The notes: generated from the letters alone by a model not told the origin. Positions 1 through 10,900 are shown, counted from the stretch's first letter. The stretch: DNA of 64,000 bases from an uncultured bacterium (GCA_965369375.1 CBDUQN010000007.1:4993-68992); one strand, 5' to 3'. A program made the numbers and translations.

Positions 1-752
1 TCAATGATATAGACTCCCTCTCTGCGCAGCGCGAAACGATCGATCGCCGCGCTGCGGCCGCGCGGATACATGGAGAAGGCCGCACGGTAGCCGGCGCGCG
101 CCGCTTCGGACGCGACGAATTTGCTCGTTCGGCCGAACGGATACGAGAGGCTCTTTATCGCACACCCGATCCGGCCCTCCAACTCACTTTTGGAATCAAC
201 CAGTTCCCCGCGCACATCGTCTGGAGCAAGACGGGTCAGATCCCGGTGCGTCGATGTGTGAGAACCGAGCGCAAATCCTCTCCGGGCGAGATCGGCGATC
301 TCATCCCAATCCATGTGCATGAACCTTCTTCCCGGCAGGCGGAGTTCCCACTCGTTTTCCCTTCCCGCGAAAGAACTCACGATGAATATTAAGGCGGGTA
401 TCTGTCTCTTCTCGAGCTCGGGGATCGCATTATCGAGGAGCTCCCGGTATCCGTCATCGAAGGTGAGAAGCACTTCCCGGCACGATCCCGGGCGCTCCCC
501 TGCAACGGTCCGCAAGTACGTATCCTCATCTATGAATGTGAAACCTGCATCGGAAAGCATGTCGATCTGTGAAACGAACCGCGCCGGCGGCACCCATGTG
601 CCGCCGAATTCGAACCTGGTGACCTTGTGATAGGCAAGAACACCCGGCATGCCGGATGGGGGGTATCCGAACTTCACTCTCCAGAGGAAATACGCCGCCG
701 AAGCGATAGCGACGGCAGCGAGAAGAAATGCAAGAACAGGCACATGGAACAC
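1..752 (-). CDS. polysaccharide deacetylase family protein (NodB-homology domain); C-terminal end of gene cut by window edge
   Basis: Minus-strand translation, absent from the track because it runs off the window edge, gives a hydrophobic N-terminus and the NodB-type motifs LTFDDGY and HTSTHRDL. Probable GTG start about 15 nt downstream of the dut stop. Position mirrors B. subtilis ylxY-mlpA next to pnp. Confidence 0.55.
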   Translation of the reverse strand, partial: MFHVPVLAFLLAAVAIASAAYFLWRVKFGYPPSGMPGVLAYHKVTRFEFGGTWVPPARFVSQIDMLSDAGFTFIDEDTYLRTVAGERPGSCREVLLTFDDGYRELLDNAIPELEKRQIPALIFIVSSFAGRENEWELRLPGRRFMHMDWDEIADLARRGFALGSHTSTHRDLTRLAPDDVRGELVDSKSELEGRIGCAIKSLSYPFGRTSKFVASEAARAGYRAAFSMYPRGRSAAIDRFALRREGVYII

Positions 753-767
753 TTCCCCTCAGGCCTC

Positions 768-1244
768 TCAGGACGAACCGGTGTGACCGAATCCGCCTGA
801 GCCGCGCGATGTCTCATCGAGCTCTTCGAGCTCGTGAATCCCGACAGCGGGAAGCGAACAAAAAACAATCTGGGCGATACGGTCGCCCCGGCGCACGAAA
901 AAGTCGCGTTCGCAGAAATTGAACAGAATAACCTTTATCTCTCCCCGGTAATCGCTGTCTATCGTCCCCGGACTGTTGAGGATTCCCACCGCGTGGTTGA
1001 TGGCGAGTCCGCTTCGGGGCCTCACCTGCGCCTCCAGCCCGCGCGGTATCGACAGGCTGAAACCTCCGGGCACGAGAACCGCTCGCGCCGGCGGCAGCAC
1101 GATCTTATCGTCGCAAGCAGCGAGGATGTCGAACCCGCTCGCGCCCTCGGTCATGCGCTCGAGGGGCGGCAACCCATCATGGTGTGGAAGGTATCTGATT
1201 CCGATCGATACGCCTTCGCTGCATTTTCCCTTGTTTTTCGCCAT
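768..1244 (-). CDS. dut: dUTP diphosphatase (dUTPase)
   Basis: 158-aa ORF with typical dUTPase motifs (GLAINHAVGILNSPGTIDSDYRGEI, GERIAQ) and a C-terminal RGxGGFGxTG motif. Confidence 0.9.
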   Translation of the reverse strand: MAKNKGKCSEGVSIGIRYLPHHDGLPPLERMTEGASGFDILAACDDKIVLPPARAVLVPGGFSLSIPRGLEAQVRPRSGLAINHAVGILNSPGTIDSDYRGEIKVILFNFCERDFFVRRGDRIAQIVFCSLPAVGIHELEELDETSRGSGGFGHTGSS

Positions 1245-1260
1245 TTTCGAGCATCCTGCT

Positions 1261-2517
1261 TCAAACGAAACGACCGAGCGGCACGGGACCGGTCGTTACA
1301 TACGACAGGTTCTTTTCGTCGAGAAACGCATGCGCCAACTCGGCGATCTTTGTCTTATCGACTTTCTCGATCGAACGCAGCACATCACTGAGTGGAACAT
1401 GCCGCTCGTAGTAGAGCTCGTTCTGAAAGAGCCTGAAAAGCCGCGCATTGACATTCTCGATCCCGAAGATTACGGCTCCCTTGATCTGCGCTTTGGCGCT
1501 CTCGATCTCCTCCTCCCTCACGTTTCCACGTCCGACCTCGCGCAGCTCCTCATGAAAGATTTCAAGAGCCAGTTTCAGATTCTTCGGATCCACGGAGAAA
1601 TAGGTGTAGAGTGATCCCGCATCCGTCCAGAAATTCACTCCCGTATATACCGAATAGACGAGTCCCGCTCTTTCCCGCAGGCTCTGGAAGAACCGCGACG
1701 AGACACCCCCGCCGAGAATGTTAGAGAGCACAATGAGCGCATGCCGACGGGGATCCGAGGCGGATACGATTCTCGACCCGATACAAACGTGCGACTGCGA
1801 CCAGTCACGTCTGCGCTCGAAACGCACACGGGCGCTGCCCGCGCCCGGAAAGGCCTTCCTGGAACTACGACCCTTTCTCCGAAAGCGAAATTTCTCATCG
1901 ACGATCTTCGCTACCTGTTTCGCGGGAAGATTGCCCACGAAGCCGAGCAGGGCATTTCTGGCGGTATACGTTTTCCGGTGAAATTCGAGAAGCCGTCTCC
2001 GCGTGAACCTCCCGACATCGCTGTAGGAACCGGTCACGGGATGCCCGAGGGGATGCCCCTTGAAGATGGTTTTGAAAAAGAGCTCGTGGACGGAATCTTC
2101 CGGTGAATCCATGACGCTCCTGATCTCTTCCTGCACCACTTTTTTCTCGAGCCTGAAGGTTTCAACCGGCACCGACGGATTTAGAACGATGTCGGCGAAT
2201 ATGTCGGAGAGTTCTTCGAAATGCTCCGCCAGAACCTTGCCGTGATAGCACGTCGATTCCTTGCCTGTGAATGCATCCCACTGTCCGCCTATCGATTCGA
2301 GATCGAGAGCAATCTGAAGCGCGCTCCGCCGTCGCGTTCCCCGGAAAACCATGTGCTCGAGCAGATGCGAAAGCCCCCGCTCGGAGCTCTCCTCGTCCCT
2401 CGAGCCCTTTGTAAAATAGAGACCGAACGCTATTGTCGGTGAGAACGGATTGCGCTGGTAAAGAAGGGTAGCGCCGGATGTCAGAGGGATCCTGTATGAA
2501 CGGGGAAGCTTTATCAT
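1261..2517 (-). CDS. M16 family (pitrilysin/insulinase-like) zinc peptidase
   Basis: 418-aa ORF with the inverted zinc-binding motif HLLEH...E; immediately downstream of pnp, as with mlpA/ymxG in Firmicutes. Confidence 0.8.
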   Translation of the reverse strand: MIKLPRSYRIPLTSGATLLYQRNPFSPTIAFGLYFTKGSRDEESSERGLSHLLEHMVFRGTRRRSALQIALDLESIGGQWDAFTGKESTCYHGKVLAEHFEELSDIFADIVLNPSVPVETFRLEKKVVQEEIRSVMDSPEDSVHELFFKTIFKGHPLGHPVTGSYSDVGRFTRRRLLEFHRKTYTARNALLGFVGNLPAKQVAKIVDEKFRFRRKGRSSRKAFPGAGSARVRFERRRDWSQSHVCIGSRIVSASDPRRHALIVLSNILGGGVSSRFFQSLRERAGLVYSVYTGVNFWTDAGSLYTYFSVDPKNLKLALEIFHEELREVGRGNVREEEIESAKAQIKGAVIFGIENVNARLFRLFQNELYYERHVPLSDVLRSIEKVDKTKIAELAHAFLDEKNLSYVTTGPVPLGRFV

Positions 2518-2526
2518 GTGCAGGAG

Positions 2527-4617
2527 CTACAGGAGAACCTTGCGGCTCAGCCTGACCTTACCCTCTCTATCGATCCCGATCACCTTGACCTCTACTTCCT
2601 CACCGAGCCTGACAACATCCTCTACCTTTTCGACGCGCCGGCGATCGAGCTCGGAAATATGGAGGAGACCGTCCTTTCCGGGAAGGATTTCAACGAACGC
2701 TCCGAATGGAACGATACTCTTCACGATGCCCCGGTATACCTTGTTGAGTTCAGGTTCTTCGATGATTCTCTCGATCATCTCGAGCGCTTTATCGCCCGCC
2801 TCCTTGTCGACGGCGGCTATACACACCGTTCCATCATCTTCGATATCGATCTTGGCCCCCGAGACTTCCTGAATATGCCTGATCATCTTCCCCCCGGGGC
2901 CGATGATTTCTCTGATCTTATCGACATCGATCTTGATCTGAACGATCTTGGGCGCATAGGGAGAGATCTCCTTGCGCGGCTCGGCGATGGTCTTCTCCAT
3001 GATGTCGAGGATCCGTATCCGCGCATCTTTGGCCTGCTCGAGCGCCTTTTCCATGATATCCCCCGTTATTCCCGCAATCTTGACATCCATCTGGAATGCG
3101 GTGATCCCGCTGCGCGTCCCCGTCACCTTGAAGTCCATGTCGCCCAGATGATCCTCGAGGCCGAGGATATCGGTCAGGACCGCCACCTTGTCCCCCTCCT
3201 TGATGAGACCCATCGCCACGCCGGCGACCGCTTTTGCAACGGGAACCCCCGCATCCATCAGAGCGAGACTGCCCCCGCACACCGTCGCCATGGAGCTCGA
3301 TCCGTTCGATTCGAGAATATCGGAGACGAGACGTATCGTGTATGGAAAAACCTCGTCCAACGGGATCATCGGTTTGATCGCCCGCTCCGCAAGCGCACCG
3401 TGCCCTATCTCACGGCGGCCGGGCCCTCGGAAGAAACCGACCTCGCCGACGCTGAATGGCGGAAAGTTGTAATGGAGCATGTAGTTTTTCCATGATTCGC
3501 CCACGAGATCGTCTACCCGCTGCTCATCCTGCGACGTTCCAAGCGTGGTCACAACGAGACTCTGCGTTTCACCGCGCGTAAAGAGGGCGCTCCCGTGCGT
3601 CCGCGGCAGCACCCCGATATCGCAGGATATGTCGCGCAATTCATCGTAGCGCCTTCCATCGCTTCTGATACTCTCGTTGAGGATTATCCCTCTCACGACC
3701 TCGCGTTCGATGTCATGCATAATCTCCTTGATCTGGCCTTCCGATTCGGGGAATTCCTCCGCGTACTTGGCAAGCGCCTCAGTGAGAAGCTCACCCAGTG
3801 CTCTGTCCCGTTTCAACTTCCCCTTTACACGGCTGCGCTTGGTGACTTCCTCGAGGTAATCCGATTTGAGTTTGCGCTCCAGATCCTCATTCGTCTGCAG
3901 CGGTGTAAACGTCCTCTTCTCCGGCCTGGAGACCTCCGAGAGAAACTCCCTCTGGAATGAATTCAAAATCTTGATTTTTTCGTGGCCGAACTCGAGAGCC
4001 TCCATCAGCTGGCTCTCGGTGGTCTCCTTTGCTTCTCCCTCTACCATGATGATCGCATCGTCGGAGCCGGCGATGACGAGGTCGAACCCTTCCTCTTCCA
4101 CCTCCTGGAATGTGGGATTGAAGATGAATTTGTTGTCCTTGAGCCCCACTCGAACGCCGCTGATGATTCCATCGAACGGAATGTCGGAAAGGGCGAGCGC
4201 GAGCGACGCTCCGGTGATACCGAGAATGTCGGATTGATGCTGCTGATCGCTGCTGAGCACACTGCATGCGACCTGCACCTCGTACCGGAAACCATCGGGG
4301 AACAGAGGGCGAATCGGCCTGTCAATCAGCCGCGCGCTGAGCGTTTCCTTCTCACTCATTCTCCCCTCGCGCTTGAAAAATCCACCGGGGATCTTCCCCG
4401 CGGCGTAGAATTTCTCCCGGTATTCGACAAAGAGCGGAAAGTAATCCCTATCTGTCTCCGCGTCTTTCGAGGAGACCGCCGTAACGAGAACAACGGTTCC
4501 TTCTTCGGTGACCAGAATCGATCCATCAGCCTGCTTCGCCATCCTGCCTGTTTCCAGGAGCAATGTTTTCCCTTCAACGTCAAACTTCTTTCGCATCATT
4601 CCGGAAAATCCCTCCAC
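2527..4617 (-). CDS. pnp: polynucleotide phosphorylase / polyribonucleotide nucleotidyltransferase
   Basis: 696-aa ORF with two RNase PH-like domains followed by C-terminal KH and S1 domains; canonical PNPase N-terminus MEGFSG...FDVEGKTL. Confidence 0.95.
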   Translation of the reverse strand: MEGFSGMMRKKFDVEGKTLLLETGRMAKQADGSILVTEEGTVVLVTAVSSKDAETDRDYFPLFVEYREKFYAAGKIPGGFFKREGRMSEKETLSARLIDRPIRPLFPDGFRYEVQVACSVLSSDQQHQSDILGITGASLALALSDIPFDGIISGVRVGLKDNKFIFNPTFQEVEEEGFDLVIAGSDDAIIMVEGEAKETTESQLMEALEFGHEKIKILNSFQREFLSEVSRPEKRTFTPLQTNEDLERKLKSDYLEEVTKRSRVKGKLKRDRALGELLTEALAKYAEEFPESEGQIKEIMHDIEREVVRGIILNESIRSDGRRYDELRDISCDIGVLPRTHGSALFTRGETQSLVVTTLGTSQDEQRVDDLVGESWKNYMLHYNFPPFSVGEVGFFRGPGRREIGHGALAERAIKPMIPLDEVFPYTIRLVSDILESNGSSSMATVCGGSLALMDAGVPVAKAVAGVAMGLIKEGDKVAVLTDILGLEDHLGDMDFKVTGTRSGITAFQMDVKIAGITGDIMEKALEQAKDARIRILDIMEKTIAEPRKEISPYAPKIVQIKIDVDKIREIIGPGGKMIRHIQEVSGAKIDIEDDGTVCIAAVDKEAGDKALEMIERIIEEPELNKVYRGIVKSIVPFGAFVEILPGKDGLLHISELDRRRVEKVEDVVRLGEEVEVKVIGIDREGKVRLSRKVLL

Positions 4618-4691
4618 GTATCCATCGTTTTAAAAGCCAAAACTATCAATTTGATCCAAGCGAAAAAATAGAGAAGACAGCGGTTGGATAC

Positions 4692-4961
4692 TTACTTCCG
4701 CAGCTCAAGATCCTTGATGATCCTTCTGTATTTTTCGATCTTGTTCTTCTTCAGGTAATCGAGAAGTTTCCTGCGCCGGCCCACCATTTTCAGCAATCCC
4801 CGCCTCGAAGCGTGATCCTTCTTATGAACCTGGAAGTGCTTGGTAAGAATGTTGATGCGTTCGGTGAGAAGTGCTATCTGAACCTCCGGGGATCCGGAGT
4901 CTCTTTCGTGCAACCGAAATTTGTCAATTACTTCCCTCTTTACCTCTTTTTGCAGTGCCAT
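4692..4961 (-). CDS. rpsO: 30S ribosomal protein S15
   Basis: 89-aa ORF with a conserved S15 sequence; strong AGGAGG Shine-Dalgarno 8 nt upstream; immediately upstream of pnp. Confidence 0.95.
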   Translation of the reverse strand: MALQKEVKREVIDKFRLHERDSGSPEVQIALLTERINILTKHFQVHKKDHASRRGLLKMVGRRRKLLDYLKKNKIEKYRRIIKDLELRK

Positions 4962-5100
4962 CGTTATAACACCTCCTTGTACCTATCGTTGATCAACACG
5001 ATGGCAGCAGAAAGGGCGCAATGCCCCATCCGCCTGATAACTGCCTATTTTCTTAGCTGCTAAGTTGCAATTACTAAACATACACGATTCATGCCAGATG

Positions 5101-6045
5101 TCAACGTCTCTTTTTCAGAATTTCCTTGACCGTTCTGCGGTCTGCGGCTAGCTGGATTTTGAGCTCATCCGGACCTGAAAATTCCTTTTCCTTTCTCACG
5201 TAATCGACGCAGTGCACCCGCACCCGTTCACCGTAACAATCGCCGGAAAATCCGAAGAGGTGAATCTCTGTCCGCCGGTTTCCCACGGCATGCAGCGTGG
5301 GAGCTTCTCCGATATTCATCATCCCGTCGTACGGTCTTTTTCCGACTTCCACACGAACCGCGTAGACCCCTTCGGGAGGCATGAGTTTGTCCGCACTCGT
5401 CACCTCGACATTGGCTGTTGGAAAACCGATTGTCCGGCCGATGCCTTCACCCTCGACAACCGAGGCATCGAAAAAATAGGGCCTCCCAAGGAACCGCGCC
5501 GCCTGCCGGAGCCTCCGTTCGGAAACAGCCGCTCTGATCTTCGTGCTCGAGACAACACTGCCGCGCAAAACGGCGGGAGGCACAATGGTGCATCCGAAAC
5601 CCATGCGAGGGCCCTCCCCGCACAACATCTCCTGAGAGCCTTCTCTGCCGCGCCCCATATGAAAATCGTAACCGACGACGAGATGTATCATGCCGAGCCC
5701 GTCAACGAGGACATCCGAGATAAATTCATGGTAACCCGTCTTCGCCATCACTTCCGTGAATTTCTCTACAATAATGATATCTATGTCGAGTTTGCGCAGG
5801 ATAGACAATTTTTCATCATGAGTCGTAAGGAGCGGAGGCATCATCTCGGGATGTGTTACGCCGAGCGGATGACGCTCGAACGTGAAGAGAACGGAAGCAC
5901 TCGCGCCCTGCGCCCTCCGTATCTCCGAGAGACGCCGTATCACCTTCTGGTGGCCAATATGAACTCCATCGAAAACCCCGATTGTAACAACAGTCCCCCG
6001 CAGCGCTTCCCGCCTGAACTCATCTATTCCGGAAACAACTTTCAT
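5101..6045 (-). CDS. ribF: bifunctional riboflavin kinase / FMN adenylyltransferase
   Basis: 314-aa ORF with N-terminal nucleotidyltransferase motif GVFDGVHIGHQ and a C-terminal riboflavin kinase domain. Confidence 0.9.
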   Translation of the reverse strand: MKVVSGIDEFRREALRGTVVTIGVFDGVHIGHQKVIRRLSEIRRAQGASASVLFTFERHPLGVTHPEMMPPLLTTHDEKLSILRKLDIDIIIVEKFTEVMAKTGYHEFISDVLVDGLGMIHLVVGYDFHMGRGREGSQEMLCGEGPRMGFGCTIVPPAVLRGSVVSSTKIRAAVSERRLRQAARFLGRPYFFDASVVEGEGIGRTIGFPTANVEVTSADKLMPPEGVYAVRVEVGKRPYDGMMNIGEAPTLHAVGNRRTEIHLFGFSGDCYGERVRVHCVDYVRKEKEFSGPDELKIQLAADRRTVKEILKKRR

Positions 6046-6117
6046 AGCTGCAAGCTAATCGCCGAATGTGCCTCGAATATCTCACCAAGCCCTGTTACGG
6101 GGTGTGCCCCGCACCTG

Positions 6118-7029
6118 CTAACTGATTCCTCCGAACACGCGCCGTATCTTCAATGACCGGGTAACATCCACCTCGCCGATTGCGGCAAGTTCGCCGTCAC
6201 GTCCGATCAACCGCACAAAGGCCCCGCGGGGGGGGAGGAAATCGGTAATATTCGGCGCAACTCCGAATCTAAGCTCCCGCGCCTGACCGGCCGAGAGCGC
6301 CAGCGCCGGCAGGTGCTTGAGCGCATCCGAGAGAGAAAATCCCGGGTCGCTTTGCCCAAGCAACGATTCGAATTCATCATCCCTCACGGCCGTTTCGAGA
6401 CTGAAATGCCCGATGTTCTTTCGTACCAGACCGTGCAGGTGAGCCGGGACACCGAGCGCATCTCCGATCTCTTCTGCAAGAACCCGGACATAGAGCCCCC
6501 TCGAACAGTACACATCGAGGCGAAAAACGGGAAGCTCACACGAGACGAGCCCTATCTCATAGGTTTCGACGTGCCGCGGCGCGCGTTCGACATTCTGTCC
6601 CTTCCTCGCCAGCATGTAGAGCGGCGTGCCCTTGTGCTTGAGCGCCGAAAACATCGGGGGGACCTGCAGTCTCTTCCCCATGAAGCCGGGGAGAACCGAC
6701 CGGATATTCTTCTCGGTCACCGAGCTCCAATCACCCGAACAAACGATTTTCCCGCTGGAATCCTGCGTGTCCGTCGCCTCACCGAGCTTGATGTCGGCAA
6801 CATACCGTTTTGGAAGATCCATGAGATAATTGGAAAGCTTCGTTGCTTCCCCGGTCAAGAGAAGTATCAATCCCGTCGCCTGAGGATCGAGCGTCCCCGC
6901 ATGACCGACCTTCCCGATCCGCACGAAGTTCTTGAACTTGCGGATACAATCGTACGTCGACGCACCGACCGATTTGCTAACGGGCAAAACCCGATTATTC
7001 AGTTTTTCTACCATGTCATTTATCTTCAT
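6118..7029 (-). CDS. truB: tRNA pseudouridine(55) synthase
   Basis: 303-aa ORF with the TruB catalytic motif GHAGTLDPxATGLL. Confidence 0.9.
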   Translation of the reverse strand: MKINDMVEKLNNRVLPVSKSVGASTYDCIRKFKNFVRIGKVGHAGTLDPQATGLILLLTGEATKLSNYLMDLPKRYVADIKLGEATDTQDSSGKIVCSGDWSSVTEKNIRSVLPGFMGKRLQVPPMFSALKHKGTPLYMLARKGQNVERAPRHVETYEIGLVSCELPVFRLDVYCSRGLYVRVLAEEIGDALGVPAHLHGLVRKNIGHFSLETAVRDDEFESLLGQSDPGFSLSDALKHLPALALSAGQARELRFGVAPNITDFLPPRGAFVRLIGRDGELAAIGEVDVTRSLKIRRVFGGIS

Positions 7030-7035
7030 GGGGAT

Positions 7036-8049
7036 CTAGTCGAGTGAAGCCTCTGTGGTTTTGTGTTCGCCGAGCAGCGTTTCTAGACCCTGTATGATCG
7101 CAGACTTCGCCGCCTCGATTCCTCCACGGAATGTTAATCCCGCAGCATTCCGGTGTCCGCCCCCTCCGTACCGTTCGGCGAGTTTCGCAACATCATGGTG
7201 ATCCCTCGATCGGAGACTCACACGCGTTTCTTCCGGCCCGATTTCTCTAAACAGCGCGCTGAGCTCCACCTCGTCTATCGACGACGCATAATCGACGAAT
7301 CCTTCCGTATCACCGATTGCTCCGCCACTCGTTTCGATCATGCTTTGAGTAACATTCATTACCGCAGCCTTGCCGGAACCGTGGACCTCGATCGAATCGA
7401 GAGCGAGTGACAGCAATTTCAGAGTGCTGTATTTCTTCATATAAATGAAATCATGCGCGAGCTCATACGGCCGGGCACCGTGTTTGGCGAGTCGTCCGGC
7501 TGTTTCGAGAGCTTCGGCATTCGTGTTCTTGAACCTGAATCCCCCCGTGTCCATGAGTATGCCGAGATAGAGGCAGGAGGCGATCTCTTCGGTAATTTCA
7601 CCGGGGGCACATGCGGCCAGAAACCGGTATATGAGTATCGTTGTCGCGCAGCTTTCCGCAACGACGACATTTATCGATCCATACCGTTCATTCGTCGGAT
7701 GATGATCGATGTTGACGACCGTGGTTTTATCCTGGGATCTGACTAAATCCGCCGTTCTTGCCGTCGTCGGCGAATCGAGGGCAAAGATTATATCGTGCTC
7801 GAAACGCCCGATTTCGCTCTGATCGACGAACAGGTCGATCCCCGGGAGACGATTGTATACATTCGCTATTTCACCCGGAGCGAAACAGACGACTTTCTTT
7901 CCCCTTCCCACAAGAAACAGCGCAAGGGCGAGCATCGAGCCCATGCAGTCCCCGTCCGGGTCAACATGGCCCAGAATCAGAAACCGCTTATTTTGCTCGA
8001 TGAGTTTTTGTATTTTCTCGAACTCTGTTTCCGCGTGTATATCATTCAT
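7036..8049 (-). CDS. nrnA: DHH-DHHA1 family phosphoesterase (NrnA-like bifunctional oligoribonuclease / pAp phosphatase)
   Basis: DHH motif (LILGHVDPDGDCMGS), DHH (IDHH) and DHHA1 GGGH (GGGGHRNAAG) motifs. The track ORF was trimmed to an internal ATG at 8047-8049 (MNDIHAETEF...), which overlaps the rbfA stop; the upstream 87 codons read as out-of-frame noise. Confidence 0.8.
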   Translation of the reverse strand: MNDIHAETEFEKIQKLIEQNKRFLILGHVDPDGDCMGSMLALALFLVGRGKKVVCFAPGEIANVYNRLPGIDLFVDQSEIGRFEHDIIFALDSPTTARTADLVRSQDKTTVVNIDHHPTNERYGSINVVVAESCATTILIYRFLAACAPGEITEEIASCLYLGILMDTGGFRFKNTNAEALETAGRLAKHGARPYELAHDFIYMKKYSTLKLLSLALDSIEVHGSGKAAVMNVTQSMIETSGGAIGDTEGFVDYASSIDEVELSALFREIGPEETRVSLRSRDHHDVAKLAERYGGGGHRNAAGLTFRGGIEAAKSAIIQGLETLLGEHKTTEASLD

Positions 8050-8419
8050 CCTGAAATCCTTCTTCGCTCGCCTCACGTTCCCGTTCGATCTTATTGAACA
8101 GCTCCTCGATCTCCATCGCCCTGTCAAGCGATGAATCATAGAGGAAAACGAGCTCGGGGATAACGCGGAGGTGGAGGTGCCCCTTGATCTGCCCCCGAAT
8201 GTAACCCTTGCAGCTCTCGAGCCCTCTCTCGACATCCCTGAGGTTCCCGCTCCCACCCAACACGTTGTACCGTATCTTCGCCACGGAATAATCGTTCGAG
8301 ACTTCGACATGCGTGATCGAAACCCCCGAGACGCGAGGATCCTTGACCCGCCGCATGAGAAGTTCGGCGACGAGCTGATGGATCGTTTCCTCTATCCGTG
8401 CTTTCTGTTTTTCGTTCAT
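8042..8419 (-). CDS. rbfA: ribosome-binding factor A
   Basis: RbfA KH-like fold signature from MNEKQKARIEETIHQLVAELLMRRVKDPR... The track ORF was trimmed to the ATG at 8417-8419. Confidence 0.85.
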   Translation of the reverse strand: MNEKQKARIEETIHQLVAELLMRRVKDPRVSGVSITHVEVSNDYSVAKIRYNVLGGSGNLRDVERGLESCKGYIRGQIKGHLHLRVIPELVFLYDSSLDRAMEIEELFNKIEREREASEEGFQDE

Positions 8420-8441
8420 CGGATCACGGCTCTCTCGAGTG

Positions 8442-8738
8442 TCAGCAGAACTCTCTCTCGATATCGAGCAATTCGATGCGATGCTCCCGTTCGAGAAACG
8501 AGAGGACCGACTGGATAACCTTCTCCGCACCCCGCCGCCCGGTTGCCACGGTAACAAGTCCGAGCTCGCATCGGCACCACTTATCCTGGTACCCGGACTC
8601 ACACAGGGCAACATTGAATTTGTTCCTGAGCCTCGTTTTGAGGCTGTTGAGAACAAATCTCTTCTCTTTCAATGAAGAACATCCCGGCAGAAGGAATTGG
8701 ACTGTCAGGCGGGCAACAATCACGAGGCGGCCCTCCAC
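8442..8738 (-). CDS. DUF503 family protein (YlxP-like)
   Basis: 98-aa ORF with the DUF503-type SLKEKR...KFNV...E.G.QD.W pattern; located between infB and rbfA, exactly as ylxP in B. subtilis. Confidence 0.65.
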   Translation of the reverse strand: MEGRLVIVARLTVQFLLPGCSSLKEKRFVLNSLKTRLRNKFNVALCESGYQDKWCRCELGLVTVATGRRGAEKVIQSVLSFLEREHRIELLDIEREFC

Positions 8739-8742
8739 ACAT

Positions 8743-10884
8743 CTAATATATCGACCTGCTGTGCTCCTCCTCTACGTAAACCTCCAGGACATCCCCTTCA
8801 CTGATGTCATTGGAATTCTCGACCCCGATACCGCACTCGAATCCCGATTGAACCTCTCGCACATCCTCCTTGAAACGCTTGAGAGAATTGATCGCACCTT
8901 TGTAGACTATCTCACCATCTCTCCTGATTCGTACCAGCGCATTCCGCTGAATGGTGCCGGACAACACATAGCAGCCGGCGATCGTGCCGGTTCTCGAAAT
9001 CTTGAAAACCTGCCGCACCTCGGCCTCGCCGAGTTCCTTCTCGACGATGACCGGTTCGAGAAGTCCGGACATGGCGGCTTTGATATCATCGATAGCCTGG
9101 TAAATAACATCGTAAAACCGCGTGTCGACTTTTTCAGTCTTGACGAGCTGAGCCGCCTGCGGCGCGATGCTCGTATGGAAACCGATCACAACGGCATTCG
9201 AAGCCGAGGCGAGAAGAATATCACTTTCGTTTATCCTTCCAACGCCTCTGTGGATCACGTTGACCTTGACCTCCTCGGTGTCGAGTGTGTTAAGGCTGTC
9301 GACGAGCGCCTCGACGGAACCGTCGGTATCGGCTCTCATTATGAGGTTGAGTTCCTTGACAACCCCTTCCTGAATCTGCTTGTAGAGATCTTCCAAAGTG
9401 ATTCGCTGGACGATGCGTCGATCCCGCTCTCTCTGAAACTGCTGTCTCTTGGCGGAGATTTCCCGCGCAGTCCTTTCACTTTCAGCCTCGATAAACGCGT
9501 CTCCAGCCTGCGGCACTCCGCCGCACCCGAGGATCACAACGGGCGTCGACGGAGGCGCGTTCTCCACCTTCTTGTCCCTTTCGTTAAGCAGTGCCCGCAC
9601 TCGTCCCGAAAAGTTCCCGGTTATAAATACATCTCCGATATTCAGAGTTCCCTGCTGGATGAGCACCGTGCAGATAATCCCCCGTCCTTCTTCCTTGCGC
9701 GCCTCGAGCACGATACCGCGAACCTGGGCTCCGGGATCGGCCTTGAGTTCCATCATTTCCGCCTGGAGCAGGATCATTTCGAGAAGATGATCTATTCCCT
9801 CACCGGACTTTGCCGACATCGCTCCGGCCATGACATTGCCGCCGAACTCCTCGAGAACGATATTCTGCTGCATGAGATCCCGCTTTACCTTGTCGATATC
9901 GGCGTTGGGAAGATCAATCTTGTTAATGGCAATGATTATGGGCACATCAGCGGCACGCGCGTGATTGATCGCCTCTACCGTCTGCGGCATGATGCCGTCA
10001 TCCGCGGCGACGACCAGAACAACGATGTCCGTCACCTGCGCGCCCCGTGACCGCATGGCCGTGAATGCCTCGTGGCCGGGAGTGTCGATGAAGGTGATTT
10101 TCCCATGCGTGCTCATGACCTCGTACGCGCCGATATGCTGCGTGATGCCGCCTTTTTCACCGGCGATTATATTGCTTGCCCGTATGTTATCGAGCAGAGA
10201 CGTCTTGCCGTGATCGACATGCCCCATGATGGTCACAACGGGCGGCCGTTTCTCCATCCGTTCGGGAATGACCTGCCGCTTTTCCTTGAGAAGCTCCTGC
10301 CCATAGGTGGAGGCGAATTCCACGCGGTACCCGTATTCATCGGCGATCATCTGAATCGTATCGGAATCGAGACGCTGGTTGATCGTAACCATGAGGCCGA
10401 GGTTGAGACATTTCTGGATGATTGCGGTCGGCTCGGCGCCGAGATGCTGGGCAAGGTCGGCTACAGTCGAGAACTCGGGCATGCTCACTACATTCGTCTC
10501 TTCCTCGACCGCAACTGCTTCTTCCTTGCGTTTGCGGCGCTTGGATTTCCTCGTGACTTCCAGCTTCGCGAGAGTTCTCTTGACACTCTCCTTGACGGCT
10601 TTCTGATCCGCTTCCCGCCGCTTCTCCGTTTTCTTGGCCTTCCGTCCTTTCGCCACCCGGGAGGGTTTGCCCGGTTTATCCTTCCTCTTTACCTTCTTCT
10701 TCACCTGCTTTTGCGTCGCCGCCTTGATGCGGTTGATATGCTGCTCGATGAGCATCTCGACATGCTCCTCCACCGTGCTCATGTGGCTCTTTACGGTAAT
10801 GCCTTCCTTGACGAGAATCTTGATCAAAGCATCGCTGGAAATATTGTACTTCCGAGCAAGCTCATATACCCGGACCTTAGCCAA
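8743..10884 (-). CDS. infB: translation initiation factor IF-2
   Basis: 713-aa ORF with IF2 N-terminus [10 protein letters not shown], a basic linker, the GTPase G-domain ([21 protein letters not shown]) and C-terminal beta-barrels. Confidence 0.95.
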   Translation of the reverse strand: MAKVRVYELARKYNISSDALIKILVKEGITVKSHMSTVEEHVEMLIEQHINRIKAATQKQVKKKVKRKDKPGKPSRVAKGRKAKKTEKRREADQKAVKESVKRTLAKLEVTRKSKRRKRKEEAVAVEEETNVVSMPEFSTVADLAQHLGAEPTAIIQKCLNLGLMVTINQRLDSDTIQMIADEYGYRVEFASTYGQELLKEKRQVIPERMEKRPPVVTIMGHVDHGKTSLLDNIRASNIIAGEKGGITQHIGAYEVMSTHGKITFIDTPGHEAFTAMRSRGAQVTDIVVLVVAADDGIMPQTVEAINHARAADVPIIIAINKIDLPNADIDKVKRDLMQQNIVLEEFGGNVMAGAMSAKSGEGIDHLLEMILLQAEMMELKADPGAQVRGIVLEARKEEGRGIICTVLIQQGTLNIGDVFITGNFSGRVRALLNERDKKVENAPPSTPVVILGCGGVPQAGDAFIEAESERTAREISAKRQQFQRERDRRIVQRITLEDLYKQIQEGVVKELNLIMRADTDGSVEALVDSLNTLDTEEVKVNVIHRGVGRINESDILLASASNAVVIGFHTSIAPQAAQLVKTEKVDTRFYDVIYQAIDDIKAAMSGLLEPVIVEKELGEAEVRQVFKISRTGTIAGCYVLSGTIQRNALVRIRRDGEIVYKGAINSLKRFKEDVREVQSGFECGIGVENSNDISEGDVLEVYVEEEHSRSIY

Positions 10885-10900
10885 GAGACCTCAACTCCCT

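Noticed and set aside
4962-5100. Weak hairpin GGGC-N5-GCCC followed by TTTCT downstream of ribF
   Set aside because: The stem is too short and the tail too poor to call a terminator with confidence. The region is more likely just the rpsO promoter and Shine-Dalgarno (AGGAGG).
2518-6156. 325-aa and 314-aa plus-strand ORFs antisense to pnp and ribF
   Set aside because: The opposite strand carries strongly conserved PNPase and RibF. These ORFs are compositionally biased antisense artefacts.
7036-8656. Long N-terminal extensions on the track ORFs for the DHH protein (424 aa) and rbfA (204 aa)
   Set aside because: The extensions overlap the preceding genes out of frame and lack homology. Internal ATGs at 8049 and 8419 give proteins of canonical length with start/stop overlap coupling. 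The same trimming was applied to ahcY, ptsI, ptsH, kdsD, kdsA, lptB, rplU and the fumarate hydratase alpha subunit.
8398-10050. 550-aa plus-strand ORF, plus 9167-9790 and 10072-11136 neighbours, overlapping infB/nusA
   Set aside because: Antisense read-through typical of high-GC DNA. It is Arg/Pro/Ser-rich low complexity, whereas the opposite strand encodes unmistakable IF-2 and NusA. The Pro-rich repeat PPRSPPRAPPRSP in 10072-11136 is simply the reverse translation of the nusA acidic 24-bp repeats.
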